DNA from: Eledone cirrhosa
Lineage: Eukaryota
Length of the DNA stretch: 64,000 bases
Direction: 5' to 3'
Assembly (NCBI GenBank): GCA_964016885.1
Contig: OZ024745.1
Location: forward strand, 74,648,001-74,712,000
This document shows, in pieces, positions 24,750-37,853 of the stretch. The number at the start of each line of letters is the position of its first letter. Within the stretch, counting starts at the first letter, position 1. Under the pieces are notes generated by a model. The model was not told the origin of the DNA, made no database searches, and saw only the letters and a list, made by a program, of their open reading frames with translations. Made by a program: the position numbers and the translations under genes.

Positions 24750-24990
24750 CTTTGCCTCAAAAATCATTAGAGAGGTTGCCCAGTACTCGCGACGTTGCTG
24801 TCTTTTGCTCTGGTGTTGGCTCCGTTGTTCACCCCTTCCTTTACATTTTCTTTAATATTGCAACATTAAAAGAATATATATTTCTGAAAGAATCGCGAGC
24901 TATTTATAACGTTATCGAAATATTTGTTATGTTATTTATGTATATATTTAAAACATATTTGTTGTTATTCCACTGTAAATTTATTTATAT
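24750..24990 (+). mobile_element. 3' UTR fragment of the CRE-like element
   Basis: Highly similar to the reverse complement of 52335-52570. Confidence 0.8.
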
Positions 24991-26123
24991 GCTCTGTTTA
25001 TATTTTCATTCTGAAAGAATTGCAAACGATTTGTAATGTTATTTATGAAATAAATATGTAGCGTATGGCTATATTGAGGATGGCGACCCTTTTGGTTATA
25101 CTGTAGGCTATAAGCGTTCTTTTAATGCTGAGCAATATGTGTTTATTATAGGAGCCCAGGGGTGACACACACTCCAGCTACGTCACTGTATATTATAAAG
25201 AATGAGGACCCGACGGCTGAGCTCTTGCCGTTTAAACCGCTATGTTAAGGTATCACAACATATATAATATGTATGATGATTATGCTAATATATATATATA
25301 TATCAGGATAGACCATTCACTAGCCACTCTCCAAGAGGACCGACTGAATACGTACGTGTGTATTTTTTCTCCCAAATTTTTTTCTCATTTCCCCAGCTCC
25401 TTCCTCTCATCACTCTTTACTTTCCATTTATTATCTTTTTCTAACTCTATCTTCTGGTAAAAGACTAGTGTCCGAAACGTTAAGACTTTCTTCCTGCTAT
25501 TTCAAGTGTTGAACTAATATGTTTCTTCCATGTACTGTGCCGTTTGTTTGTTTTTTTTATTTCTCTTTACCTTTTACACACACAGCTAGCGTGGAATATA
25601 GTCGTTAAACGATGATGATGATGATATGTATATATAGTTGTACAGAAAAAAATAGCTTTACAATTATTTCTTCTTCCTTACATGTTTCAAAAGAGTTGTA
25701 CATTAATTTATTCGAATAATGTTAGGTGAAAATATATATGATCAAAATCTATACATACACAATGATATACAGATATTTGTACTTCTCCATCTTCAGAGGA
25801 TTAAAAAAAAACATTAAATTGATGTAAAATATATCTGAAATTCAATTCCTACCTTAAACAGGATTGGGGACATTATTTGAATAATTGAATGTGTAAATCT
25901 CTTGAAACATATGTAAAGAATTAAAAATGATTTAATTTTTCCATATATATATTTCATTATACTGCTCTGTGTTTATGTCTGTATTTCCGATTCTTTCTCC
26001 CTAAAAAATCTACCTTTTCTTCAGACCAATATAATATGTAAACACATTGAGCTAATTCTGAAACAACGTAGCAATTATATACTATCGTTTTTTTTTTCTT
26101 CTTGTTTCTTTCCTTAATCATTA

Positions 26124-26314
26124 GGGCGGTGGATTGGCAGTATCGGTAGAGGGTCGGACGCCATGCTTTCCAGCATAGTTACGTCCCTTTACGATCTGAG
26201 TTCAAATCCCGCCGAGGTTGACTTTGCCTTTCATCCTTACGGGGTCGATAAAATAAAGTACCAGTAATGCACTGGGTAATTGCTGGCCTTGTGCCTAAAG
26301 TAGAAACAATTATT
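26124..26314 (+). mobile_element. tRNA-derived SINE, young subfamily
   Basis: Full length; by eye it differs from the 48298-48482 copy at about one position. Confidence 0.92.
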
Positions 26315-26354
26315 GTTCAATGAATTTACATTATTATAATTTTATACACGGTTT

Positions 26355-27150
26355 AGACATTATATCATGCATTTTGGGAGTAAAAACCCAGCGTCCACAT
26401 ACTCCCTCCACAGCACTAATATCAAGAAGTCTTCCTGTGAACGTGACCTGGGCATTACGGTCAGCAGCGATTTGCGTTGGACGAGGCACGTCTCTAAAAT
26501 TGTCAAGAGGGCCGAGGGTGTCTTAGCATCACTCAGCAAGACCTTTGTCAGCCGCTCTCCAGATATCTATTTAAGGCTGTATACAGCTATGGTGCGACCA
26601 CACTTAGAATTTGCATCACCAGTCTGGAACCCCTATCTTGCTCAGGACATTGACCGCCTGGAAACTGTTCAGAGACGTGCAACCAAGCGAATACCCTTCA
26701 TCAGGCATCTACCATACTCTGAGCGCCTTGCTTCCCTGGGCATGGATTCATTGAAGCTCCGACGCCTGGCAACTGACTTGGTAAACACCCACAAAATTGT
26801 TAACCATGTTGCCAACAACAACCCTGAGTACCTTTTCGATTTCCATGTGTCTAACACACGTGGACATGCCCACAAAGTAAGAAAACAGCACAGTTCCCAT
26901 GACTTTCGGAAACATTTTTTCACGCTCAGAGTTGCTGAAGCATGGAACAAACTACCTGCATCAGTTGTTAGCTGTCGAGACACTGCATCCTTTAAGGCCT
27001 CCATGCTTCCCGAGATCCGCCAACAGAACAGCTAACACATACACACATGTACTTCCCTGACATTTGTGTATTATTCTATGTACTATATTGACGAGTTGTA
27101 GTGCACCTGAGCACTTTACACAATAATTTCATTATTATTATTATTTTATT
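26355..27150 (+). mobile_element. CR1-clade LINE 3' portion with an intact 222-aa ORF2 C-terminus
   Basis: ERDLGI..SSDL.W..H, VRPHLEFASPVWNPY, VQRRATK, ERL..LG...L..RR, FFTLRVAEAWNKLP; (ATT)n tail. Confidence 0.9.
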
Positions 27151-28115
27151 ATTATATTTGCAATGTTATTCTACTGTAAATTTATATGATTGCAAATAAA
27201 AATATCAGTTACTATTCCCTACATACATTTGAGCCTTGTATAAATAGTTTTACATTTGCTATATATATATATATATAAAATGTAAGTGTACAATCCAATC
27301 AAGAAGGAGAGATTAGAGATGAGTTTCTGAGAATTATAAGCCAGTAGTGAAGAGGACAGTGTGCTCAATACATATAAGATGCAAGACAAATATAAGCCAT
27401 GCAATAGGCAGAGCATAAAAAATATATAAAATTATTGTAGGAGAATAAACAACCAAATTCTTCAATAAATATTTATTTGTTTACAATTGTTTCAAATGGA
27501 TTAAGCGCCATAAGTACAGTGGTTCGACATAACCGGTTTGAAATTTGTTTTTTACGTTCTGAAGATGAGGTCAGACCATAGTTCGATTTTAATATCACCA
27601 AGACCTATTGATTCATATATTAATAGGTCTCAATCTTATGGATCGAATTGTGATTTTGTCCTCTGAATGTGTGCGTGTGTAACGGAATGAATACTCCAAT
27701 GTTTTACATGGCGAAGATTCTAAACCGAATCTGAGGGTTCTCGCCTCTAAAACCACCTGTTGTTGGGAGTTCCCATCATTGTCCTGTCAAAAGACAACTA
27801 TGATAATCGTATATACCACTTGACCTGTGATCTCAGGTTCTTGACACATGGTTGCTCCTAAATCAACCCATATACACATCCTTCTAGCTATAGGGTTATT
27901 ATAAATACAAGTACTTAGAGAGTCCACCAGAGACCCCGAAGCAGCAGTCTGTGAGAGGTTAACGATGTAGCCCATTCACTTTCTACAGACCTTTTACTCT
28001 CTATCTCTCCCGGCTTTACAGGCTCTCACATTTCATACCAGCTCGGCAGATTGACCAACTACAAAAAACAACGTATGCTAAGAATAAGCACAAATACACA
28101 CACACAGTAGGTTTC

Positions 28116-28300
28116 ATTGGCAGTATCGGTAGAGGGTCGGACGCCATGCTTTGCAGCAAAGAGTTACGGCCCTTTATGATCTGAGTTCAAATCCTGCCGA
28201 GGTTAACTTTGCCTTTCATCCTTACGGGGTCGATAAAATAAAGTACCAGTAATACACTGGAATAATTGCTGGCCTTGTGCCCAAAGTAGAAACAATTATA
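28116..28300 (+). mobile_element. tRNA-derived SINE
   Basis: Same family as 337-530. Confidence 0.9.
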
Positions 28301-28348
28301 TTTTCCCCTACTCTTTCGTCTTCCTGTTATTTCACTTCTATTGTATCG

Positions 28349-28444
28349 TTTTATTGATACATGTATACATGTATCAATAATTTTATTGATACATGTATAC
28401 ATGTATCAATAATTTTATTGATACATGTATACATGTATCAAAAA
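28349..28444. repeat. Three 32-bp tandem units, each containing a 30-bp palindrome
   Basis: TTATTGATACATGTATACATGTATCAATAA equals its own reverse complement. Confidence 0.9.
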
Positions 28445-29976
28445 TGTAGCTCAAAGTAGTTAGTAAGAAAATAATGTAGGGATAATTGCTGTCACAATTT
28501 TATTACTCGACATTCAATGTACCATCAAGTGAATTTTGTTATTGTAAAATAAACATTGTCAACATCTCAATTCTTTTTATCATTCATCTTGAAAGGAATA
28601 CATCTATCCACTACATATATATATATGAGTGTGTGTATGTATCATCATCACAGTTTAATGTCTATTTTTCCATACGTGTATGGTTTATATGGGTCACCCA
28701 TGTCATCAGACAAATCTAGCCTGTTGGCTGCACCGTACCTTGCTCAGGTGGAACTGAATTTTGGCTGGGATTTTTACAACTAGATGCCCTTCCTAACACC
28801 ACCCATGTTTACAATATATATATTTATAAAATTATCACCATCACCATCCCTGTTTTATGTTTATTTTTCTGAGCTTGCATGGGACAGACAGATGTCACAT
28901 TCTTAGGCAAGACTGGCAAGTCAGATGACTGCGTCTTGGTCATATATTCCATTTTGGCATGGTTTTTATAGCTGGAGGCATGTACTATTCCTTTACAGAA
29001 TTGGCTGTGTGCATTTCATTGTAACACCAGCACTTCCATTTTCCAGTGTAAGCTGAGTGGAACTAGCACTACGACATATCAATACTAGGGTGCTGGTAAC
29101 CTTGGCCAATTTATAAAGACAGTGATAGGGAATGTGTGATGAGTAAGTGGGATTTAAGCTGCCTGTTGCTAGTTCATGGAATGATGAGTGGCATTTGGTC
29201 ATTTAACATGTAATGTGTTTTTCTTGCTAACAAGGGCTGGCTAGGTGGTCAGAGCAAGTGGAGGTACTAATCTCTTAGATGGGCCGGATGTCTGCTTCTT
29301 GCTTACTAATGTTCATACACTCTGATTGCACCTGGTTCATTTTATCATAGCCCCCTCTGAGATGGAGGAGGAGGATGTGTCTTTCTTTCATATGCTCTTG
29401 TACTCTACTGGGTGCATTTTATCATGACCCCAACACTAGGAAGATTGCCATTTCTTTGACTCAGCTAAGGAGTCCACCAACACTTTGTTTGGTAGGTTAT
29501 CTACAGCTTGATACCTTCCTATCTCCAATCACTTTAAAGAGTTACCAGGTGTCTTTCTTGTGTAAATAACAAAAACTAGAGAAGTTGTTGTGCCCTTGAC
29601 TCAACTAAAGTGTCCTCTCCTCCCTTTTTTTGGCATGATTTCTATAGGTGGTGTCCTTCCTATCACAAAAATCTTTACAGAATATAGTGAGTGCATTATT
29701 CATGGCACCAGCACTAGAGATTATGGTGTTGTGACTAGAGGGTCATCTCGGCCCTTTGGCACGTTGTCTATAGCTGGAAGTGGGGTTCAACTGGTGATGT
29801 TGAAAGAGAAAAAGGGTAAGAAAGTATTTCATCAGTGTAAGACATGTGATGTGATGAGGTGGGGAAGATTGGCAGTGATACTGGGTAGAGAGGGGTGTGT
29901 ACAATGAAGGTTTATACAGATTCTAAGTCACAACAGTTGGAGAGGAAGTTCAAGTTATTTTTATGCTGGCAGGCGT

Positions 29977-30412
29977 TGTAGCAGGAAAGGTATGGTTTTT
30001 GTTAGGTTAAAGTATAGCAGTTAGAGGTTTAGTTTTAATGTAACGGTTTAAGTGTGAGAGAAGTGAATGTTTGTGGAATTAGTCGTAAAGTCTTCAATAA
30101 CATTCTTACATGTTTTTATTCATAACTAATTACAAAGGTTGAGCTAGCATGCCAAACGAAAGAACAAACAAATCAAGAGTTAAGAAGTGGCATTGTGTCA
30201 GGCCTAAAAAGACCGACAGGCCAAAGTGAAGATCTCACCATTACATAATAATGTCTTTTCCTTTCAAAGTCCAAGCAGCAAGAGAGAGTATATAAAAAAG
30301 AAGCGGGAAAATCTTTGTTTGGGCAGAAGTTGATAACATATATTCGTGCATGACTTAGCCAAATCGCACACGAATAGTTTATAAATACGCTAAAGGCAAG
30401 TAGCTTGCTACA
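29977..30412 (+). mobile_element. Dispersed ~435-bp repeat, candidate solo LTR
   Basis: Termini TGTAGCA...TGCTACA, internal TATATAAA; second copy inverted at 62095-62531; no clear TSD. Confidence 0.5.
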
Positions 30413-32371
30413 ATCTTGAAATGTGAGATCAGTATTTTACTTAAAACTAGAACATAAAAATGAAGATGTTGGTGTCGGGTAGAGCTTTCTGTCATAAAAT
30501 ACCAACCCATGTTATTATGGAAATGTTAACATAAAAACATGACGATAATGATAAGATAAATTTAATTAAACAAAATATTTTTTTTATAAATTTTACACCT
30601 TTTACTCCTTAAAAGTATTTACAGTGGTGAATGTAAATTTTAAAAATAGACATTATCTTGCCCAGAAAATACTAATCAACAAATATTAGTTTATAAGATT
30701 TTTATTAAAATAAGATTGATTTACAAATAAATGTCAATATTATCTCACAAATTTCACTGATTAAATTTGAAATAAGTTTCTCAGTTATTTTATACCAACA
30801 GACTTCTCCAGTACTTCATGTCACCAATCTTCATGGTCCTTTGTCATCTCTATTATGAGATTCAGCTTCATAAGTTTGGTCTTAACTATTTCATCCTATG
30901 TCTTTTTAGATCTAACTCTTCCACGTGTCCCATCCACTAAGATTTCTCTGCACATCTGATGCCATTTTCACAGGTAGTCACATTTCTTTATGGACAGCAT
31001 AAACATTATGAAAAGATGGTGAGATACTGCTGCAGCAGTATCATTGTGAACTGCTACAAGGCTAAAGGAGATGCACTAGAGAGAGGTCATTACAGAGGAA
31101 TAAAAGTTAGTGAACGATTTATAGCACAAATTATTGGAGAGAGAATCATGTTAGAAGATATAAGGTTGGGGTGGAGTGGGGGGGCTTGCCAGAACTATGG
31201 GGCTCCATGTTGTCACTGAAGCCCTTGCTGGAAGGAGGGGTGTCGACTGATATTACATGAGCTGAACAAGTGGCGTGGGCCTCTTTCCCTTTTGGTTGTC
31301 TTTCCATCATATTTGTCTGTGGGTATATGTCCTAGATTTTCTAGCCAGAGTTTAGCCAGGTCGGGCTCATGTAGAAATATTTGGATATATAATGCTAAAC
31401 AAGATCGATGATAGGAGCAGACTAATAAAGAAGTGAAGAGAAATCTCAGTAGATGAGACTTGTGGAAGAGATAGACTCAGGAAGACATGAGATATGGTAG
31501 AAAAGACCAAACTTAAGAAGCTGACCCTCTCAATTGATTAGAAAAGACTGCGAGGATTTGAGACGTGCTATGCTAGTGAAAACCTGCCTATCAAATAAAA
31601 ACATGACCTCACCTCAGCCATCCACATACTGCCTTTATCACCCTTTAGAAGTTATCCAACTGTCACTGTACACTCCCACCTCTTTCATGCCTTCTCACAA
31701 ACAAACTACCCTAGCCTCCGCAGTAGCTATTTTCAACATCACTCAACCCAGGATCAGCTTCACTCTGCATATATCCTACCACCCACACTCCAAGATCTCC
31801 TATTTCCCTCTAAAATACTAACACATTGGTCATAACCCCTTAGTAACTGTTATCACCAGTTAGAGGTCTCACCTAATTTCCTTCCTTCACACCACCCTAC
31901 CACGTTTTGGCAGACACCTACCCAGGGTATTGAGGGCTTTTCAATTGAGTCTGTGACTAACAACCTCTCTAATGTTGGTAATCTAGAGTTTAAAAGCACC
32001 TTGTACACTCTGTAAAGTTGTTGGTGAGAGGCAGGTCATCCAACCATAGAAAACAAAGGGCTGGAGTGACTCTTTAGTTGTTTCAGACATGCCAATCTCC
32101 CAAGTTTTGGGTCCAGAATAAAATGCACTTAGTAAAGCACAGGATCATATGTAAGCAAGATACAGCCCCTGGCCCTTTGGAAAAATCAATAAAGTATGGA
32201 AAGGTATGTAAACAAGTTTTCTGCAGAATATATTCATTTTTTCTCTGATTAAATTAGAATTATGATCAAAAGATTTTTCAAATATTTCACAATTTTTGTC
32301 TTCAGTGTGCATTCTTGTTGTTTTAAGTAATAATTATAAATAAAACATTTCCCACATATTTCACATTTCAT

Positions 32372-33670
32372 TTTCAACATATGTTGTTTTGTGTCTTTTA
32401 AAATTACTTTTATCTGAAAAGGATTTCCTGCATATTTGACAACAATATGGTTTTTCTCCAGTGTGTGTTCTTTTGTGGTTTTTAAGTTTGCCATTTTCAA
32501 GGAAAGATTTCCCACATATTTCACAGTGAAACGGTTTTTCCCCAGTGTGTATTCTTTTGTGTATAATTAAATGACAGGAATAGACAAAAGATTTTCCACA
32601 GATTTCACAATAGACTTTTTCTCCTGTATGTAATTTATTATGTGCTTTTAAGTGACTGTTAGTGATAAAGGATTTTCCACATATTTCACAATCTTTTTCC
32701 CCAGTGTGTCCACGTATGTGGACAATGAGATGAGAATTCAGAGTGAAGGATTTCTCACATATTTCACATTGATAGGGTTTTTCTCCAGTGTGTATTGTTT
32801 TGTGTGAGATTAAACTACTGTTAAAGAGAAAAGATTTCCCACATATTTCACAGTGGTAGAGTTTTTCTCCAGTATGAAATCTTGTGTGAGGTTAAACTAC
32901 CATTAAAGGCAAAAGACTTCCCACATATTTCACAATGGTAGAGATTTTCCCCAGTATGTAGATTTTGGTGTGCTGTCGACTTACTCTTACAAGTAAAAGA
33001 CTCCCCACATATTTCACAATGATAGGGTTGTTCTCCTGTATGACTACGAATGTGGATAACAAGACATGTACTATTCACATAAGATTTACCACATATTTCA
33101 CTATGGTAGAGCTTTTCTCCAGTGTGGATTTTTTTTGTGTTGTTAACTTTTGGTTACAGACATAAGATTTCCCACATATTTCACAATGATAGGGTCTATC
33201 ACCAGTATGTTCTCTTTTGTGTATTGTTAAAGTTTTTAGTAGAAAAACATTTCCCACACTGTTCACAGTGATAGGGTTTTTCACCAGTGTGCATTCTCTT
33301 GTGGATTATAAGCCTAGAATTTCTAATGAAAAATTTCCAACATATTTCACATTGTAACAACTCTTTTCCAGTGTGCATTCTGTTATGTGTTTTCAGTTGA
33401 TTGTTATTAATAAATAATTTTCCACATTTTTTACAATGGTAGAGCTTTTCTCTTGTGTGTATTTCTTTGTGTGTGATAACTTCATGTTCTGAAGAGAATG
33501 TTTTACTACAAATCTCACAGTGATATTCATTAATCTCTCTCTGTACTGATATTTGTTCTGTAAATGTTTCATTACATAAAGGTTTCACATCATTGTATGT
33601 CTCTGTAACTGAATCTATATTGTTAAAAAACTGTTTCGTTAGAATTGTCAAAGTGATTAGCTTCATCCAT
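32372..33670 (-). pseudogene. C2H2 zinc-finger pseudogene (locus 3)
   Basis: ATG GAT GAA at 33670, +1 frameshift at ~33627, further indels at ~33232, 33130, 32880 and 32690; fingers correspond to those of loci 4 and 5. Confidence 0.88.
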
Positions 33671-34289
33671 ATTAATTACTGAGGATTTCTTAAAAGCTGC
33701 AAATTGTCTATAAGAATGAATCTATTATGGTTCTGTTTTTGTTTTGGACATCATGAGATTCTGTTTACATCTGTGGAAATCATCCAATATGGATATTATT
33801 CTTGAGGTCAAAATGATTTCTATTTCTAATTTATGTGGATATCAGGTGATGGATGTTATGTAAGTAAAAAAAAATATAGAAGTTTCATAAATGACTGGTA
33901 GCAGATGTTCTGGTGATATTGAGGATCTTCTACGACAGCTGGTGTAGTGGAAGGATCAGTTACCAGAACTGCAAAGTCAGAAAATATATGACAGTATAAG
34001 ATTGATGTTCAAAAAACAAAATCTGTGCATATATATACATGTATGTATGTGAATGTACATGTACTCGTTATATATATGGGTAGTATCAATAGAATAAAGC
34101 ACAATGTACTGGTTGTGATAGCAATTTAAATAGTAGGTTCTCTTTGTGTAAATTGTGTAAATGGTGATCAAAATTTATTTCCCCATCCTGTAAGTGAAAC
34201 CAATTCATAATGTAGCCTAGTTTATGAAGAAATACATATAATCATGAAGAAGATATGTAAGCTTAAAGAGTCAGCAAACACTGTCAGGT

Positions 34290-34768
34290 TTAGACACATA
34301 CTTTATAAACACCTCAACAAGGACAATGAAGAAATAAAAAGCTATAACATAGTGGACAAGTGGAAACTCCTATGTAACAACTTATTGAGAGCCACATGTG
34401 AGGTTTGTGGATGGGGCAAGATACCAATCAGAGAGAAAATGATAGGGTGGTGGAACAGTACTGTAGATAGAGGCTAAGAGACAGACTTGAAAATACTAAT
34501 TAGATGGAAGAGAAGCTACATGTCAGGTCAACTTAGAAAGATAGAAAACAGAGAGTAAGAAGTTTGCTAATGTTTTGTAGCATGAGAATCAGAGGAAAGA
34601 AAATATTTCAGATATTGACAGTTGAGAAGTCAATATGGAATGACAGCAGCACACTTACCTTTATTGACACCTAAATGAAAGAAACATGGATATGAGACTG
34701 GTAAATGAGGAGTCTATACCAACTAAACCTAACTGATATGTCACTTTATGAGGCTGCTAAATGAGGAG
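34290..34768 (+). mobile_element. Old RTE relic of unit B, 5' part
   Basis: Paralogous to 20810-21350. Confidence 0.8.
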
Positions 34769-37700
34769 CACACTGCTTTAGCTGGTGGACTGAACCATGT
34801 GAGGGGGTGGTGTTGACATGGCACCACTAAGCGTATGAGCTTCAACAAGGAAGCCACTGGTTAAAGCAGAAGGAAATCCTCCCTCGGCACCGGTCCAGGA
34901 CTGAAGGCGACCCACACCATATTCCGTGGCCATCGGTTTGCAGTTCTACCAGAGACTACTCCACTTACTGTCACTTTACTAAATGTCAGTGGTTGGGCTT
35001 CAGGTCAGCGACCTGTTCCTGGAACAACTCTCCTGCTACGAAAATAATTCAGATTCAATTTCCAAGCAGTCAGGAGAACGGTTGTCTCTAACCGGAGATT
35101 GTGTTGTGGGTGTCGGCGAAAGTCTCGATGAGGAAGCCGACATCCTGAGGACCAGAATTCTGTCTGCAAAAACAACCACACGTATTGGATATTGGAACAT
35201 AAGAACTCTGTACCAACCATCCAAACTTGCGCAAGTTATCGGAGAAATGGAGGCCTACAAAATTAACATCCTGGGCCTCAGCGAGGTCCGCTGGACCGAC
35301 TCTGGGAAGTTTGTCCATGAAAGCAAGACCATCCTGTTCTCAGGCCGTCAGAACGGGACCCACCGAGATGTTGCAATCATCATGGACAGAGCTGCCAGTA
35401 GTGCCCTTGAGGAGTGGACTCCTATCAACGAACGCCTAATGACAGCAAGATTCACCACATCACATGCAAAGGTCACCATAGCTCAGTGCTATGCTCCAAC
35501 TAACGAACATAACGACGATGACAAGGACGCTTTCTACCAGCAACTACAAGATGTTGTCAACAAAACCCCACGTCATGACATCCTGATCATCATGGGAGAC
35601 ATGAACGCACAGATCGGGGGAAGTAGGGTTGGCTTTGAACATGTACTTGGCCCTCATGCTTATGGAAACCGCACGGACAATGGGGACAGGTTTGTCCAGT
35701 TCTGTGCCATGAACAATATGAAAATCAGCTCATCACTATTTGACCACAAGAACATCCACAAGGTCACATGGGCTTCGAATGACCACAGGACCAAGACGCA
35801 AATAGACCACATTGCAATTGGCCCAAGATCGAGAACTCCTTGCCTGCAGGACGTCCGAGTCTACCGAGGCGCAGATGTCTGCAGTGACCACTATCTGTCT
35901 GTTCCCAAACTTAAAATCCGACTGAGAAAGCAGAAGAAGAAAGCACCCACTACAAGGCGTTTTGACACTACCAAGCTGAAGAACGGTGACACAGAAGCAC
36001 AGTTCGAAGCTGCTTTGAGGAACATATTTGCTGTCCTTGAGAAGTCTGCACCAGGCTCGGTCAATTGGTGGGAGGAAATGAAGAAGACCATGGAAGCTGC
36101 AGGGGAAGAAATCCGGAAGTCCCTCAGAGAAGCTTGGGTCAGCGCGACAACACCTGGCAGTTGATTAATGAAAGGAAAGCCCTACACCAGCAGAGGCATG
36201 CCACTACCCCAGAGGCCATCAAAGTATATCAGCAGTATGTTGAGAAGGACAAGGAGGTGAAATGCAGCGCCCAAAAGGACAAACGAATGTGGTTTGAGAG
36301 TAAGGCAGAGGAGGTAGAAGCAGCTGCGGCACGCAATGACATGCGCTCTGTGTACCAAATTGCCAAGAAAATCATCAGCAGCTCTAGAGCTAACTCAGGC
36401 CCGGTGAAAGCGAAAGATGCTACGCTGCTTTCCAAGGGTGAAGAAAAGTTAGTCAGATAGGCTAAACATTTCAAGGAAGTCCTCAACCGACTGGAGCCAC
36501 GTATGCCAACAGACACTAAGGAACCTACTGGTTTGTTACCTATCAATACTGATGACTTCACCGAGAAGGAAGTCCGCATGGCCATCAAAACCCTTAAGAA
36601 TAACAAGTCACCAGGTATGGATGGCATTTCTGCTGAAATGCTGAAGTCAGGAGGCGAAAGCATGGTCAATTGGATGGGCCACTTATGTAATCTTGTGTGG
36701 AACACGGGTGAAGTCCCAGAAGACTGGAGAAACAGAGCGGTTGTCTGCATCCCTAAGAAGGGCAACCTTGCTGATTGTGACAACTGGAGAGGAGTGACAC
36801 TTCTCTCCATACCAGGGAAGGTCTATTGTCTAGTGATCCTGAACCGCATGCGTGGCATGGTAGACCGGGAACTGCGAGAACAACAGGCAGGGTTCTGACC
36901 AAAACGTTCCTGTGCAGAGCAGATCTTTACGCTACACCGCATCATTGAAAGATACAACAAATTCCAGAGGCCCCTCGCCATTAGCTTCATCGATTTCTTC
37001 AAAGCATTCAATAGCATTCATCGACCGTCACACTGGAGCATCATGCATGAGTATGGTCTGCCTCAGAAAGTCATTTCGGCAATCAAACAGATTTACGCAA
37101 ACTCCAAGTGCTGCATACGGACAGAGGAAGGTTACAGTGACTGGTTTGAGGTGGTTACTGGCATGCATCAAGGTTGCTCGCTCTCTCCAATTCTCTTTGC
37201 CATAGCCATTGACTGGGTACTAAGAAGAACGTCTAAAGACCAGGGTATATCTTGGGTGGGAGAGCAAAAGTTGTCTAACCTGGACTTTGCAGACGATATT
37301 GCTGCACTTGCAGAGAGCACAGCTGACCTGCATTGTGAACAATATCAATGTCGAAGCAGGAAGCTTAGGTCTCAATATCAGTGCAAAGAAGACCAAAAGC
37401 ATGTTATCTGGGACACACCCACCACCAACCAGTGTCTTCATTGAACAGGGGGAGGTGGAGATAGTGGACAACTTCACCTACCTAGGAAGCTCCATTAACA
37501 ATGAGGGCACCATGGACAGTGAACTGCAATGTAGAATGGGAAAGGCTTCAGCAGCATTTAACCAGCTTGACAAGATCTGGAAGAGCAGGAAGTTCACCCT
37601 CAAAACAAAAATGAGATTCTACAACAGCAACGTGCTGTCCTCACTCTTGTACGGAAGTGAAACATGGCACTTTAAGACCAGCCAAGAGAAGAAGTTGGAT

Positions 37701-37853
37701 GCATTTGATTCCAGATGTCTGCGAAAGATCCTGGGGATTAAACGGAGTGACCATGTAACAAACCAGGAAGTCAGGAACCGCACCAACCAGCAGCTAATCT
37801 CTTCTACCATCTGCAAGCGACGCCTGGGCTGGTTTGGACACGCTTTGAGATGA
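34769..37853 (+). mobile_element. Near full-length RTE-clade LINE (second family) nested in the old RTE relic
   Basis: 5' UTR, APE (WNIRTL, LSEVRW, CYAPT, GDMNA, IDHI, SDH), RT (QAGF, QGC.LSP.LF, FADD) and thumb region; a few stops and frameshifts; 3' tail missing. Confidence 0.93.

Noticed and set aside
24284-24855. IYIYIY-containing ORFs
   Set aside because: Translations of (TA)n microsatellites.
25678-25800. Minus-strand hammerhead (CTGAAGA...GAAAC)
   Set aside because: The boxes are ~90 nt apart with no credible stems; expected by chance in AT-rich DNA.
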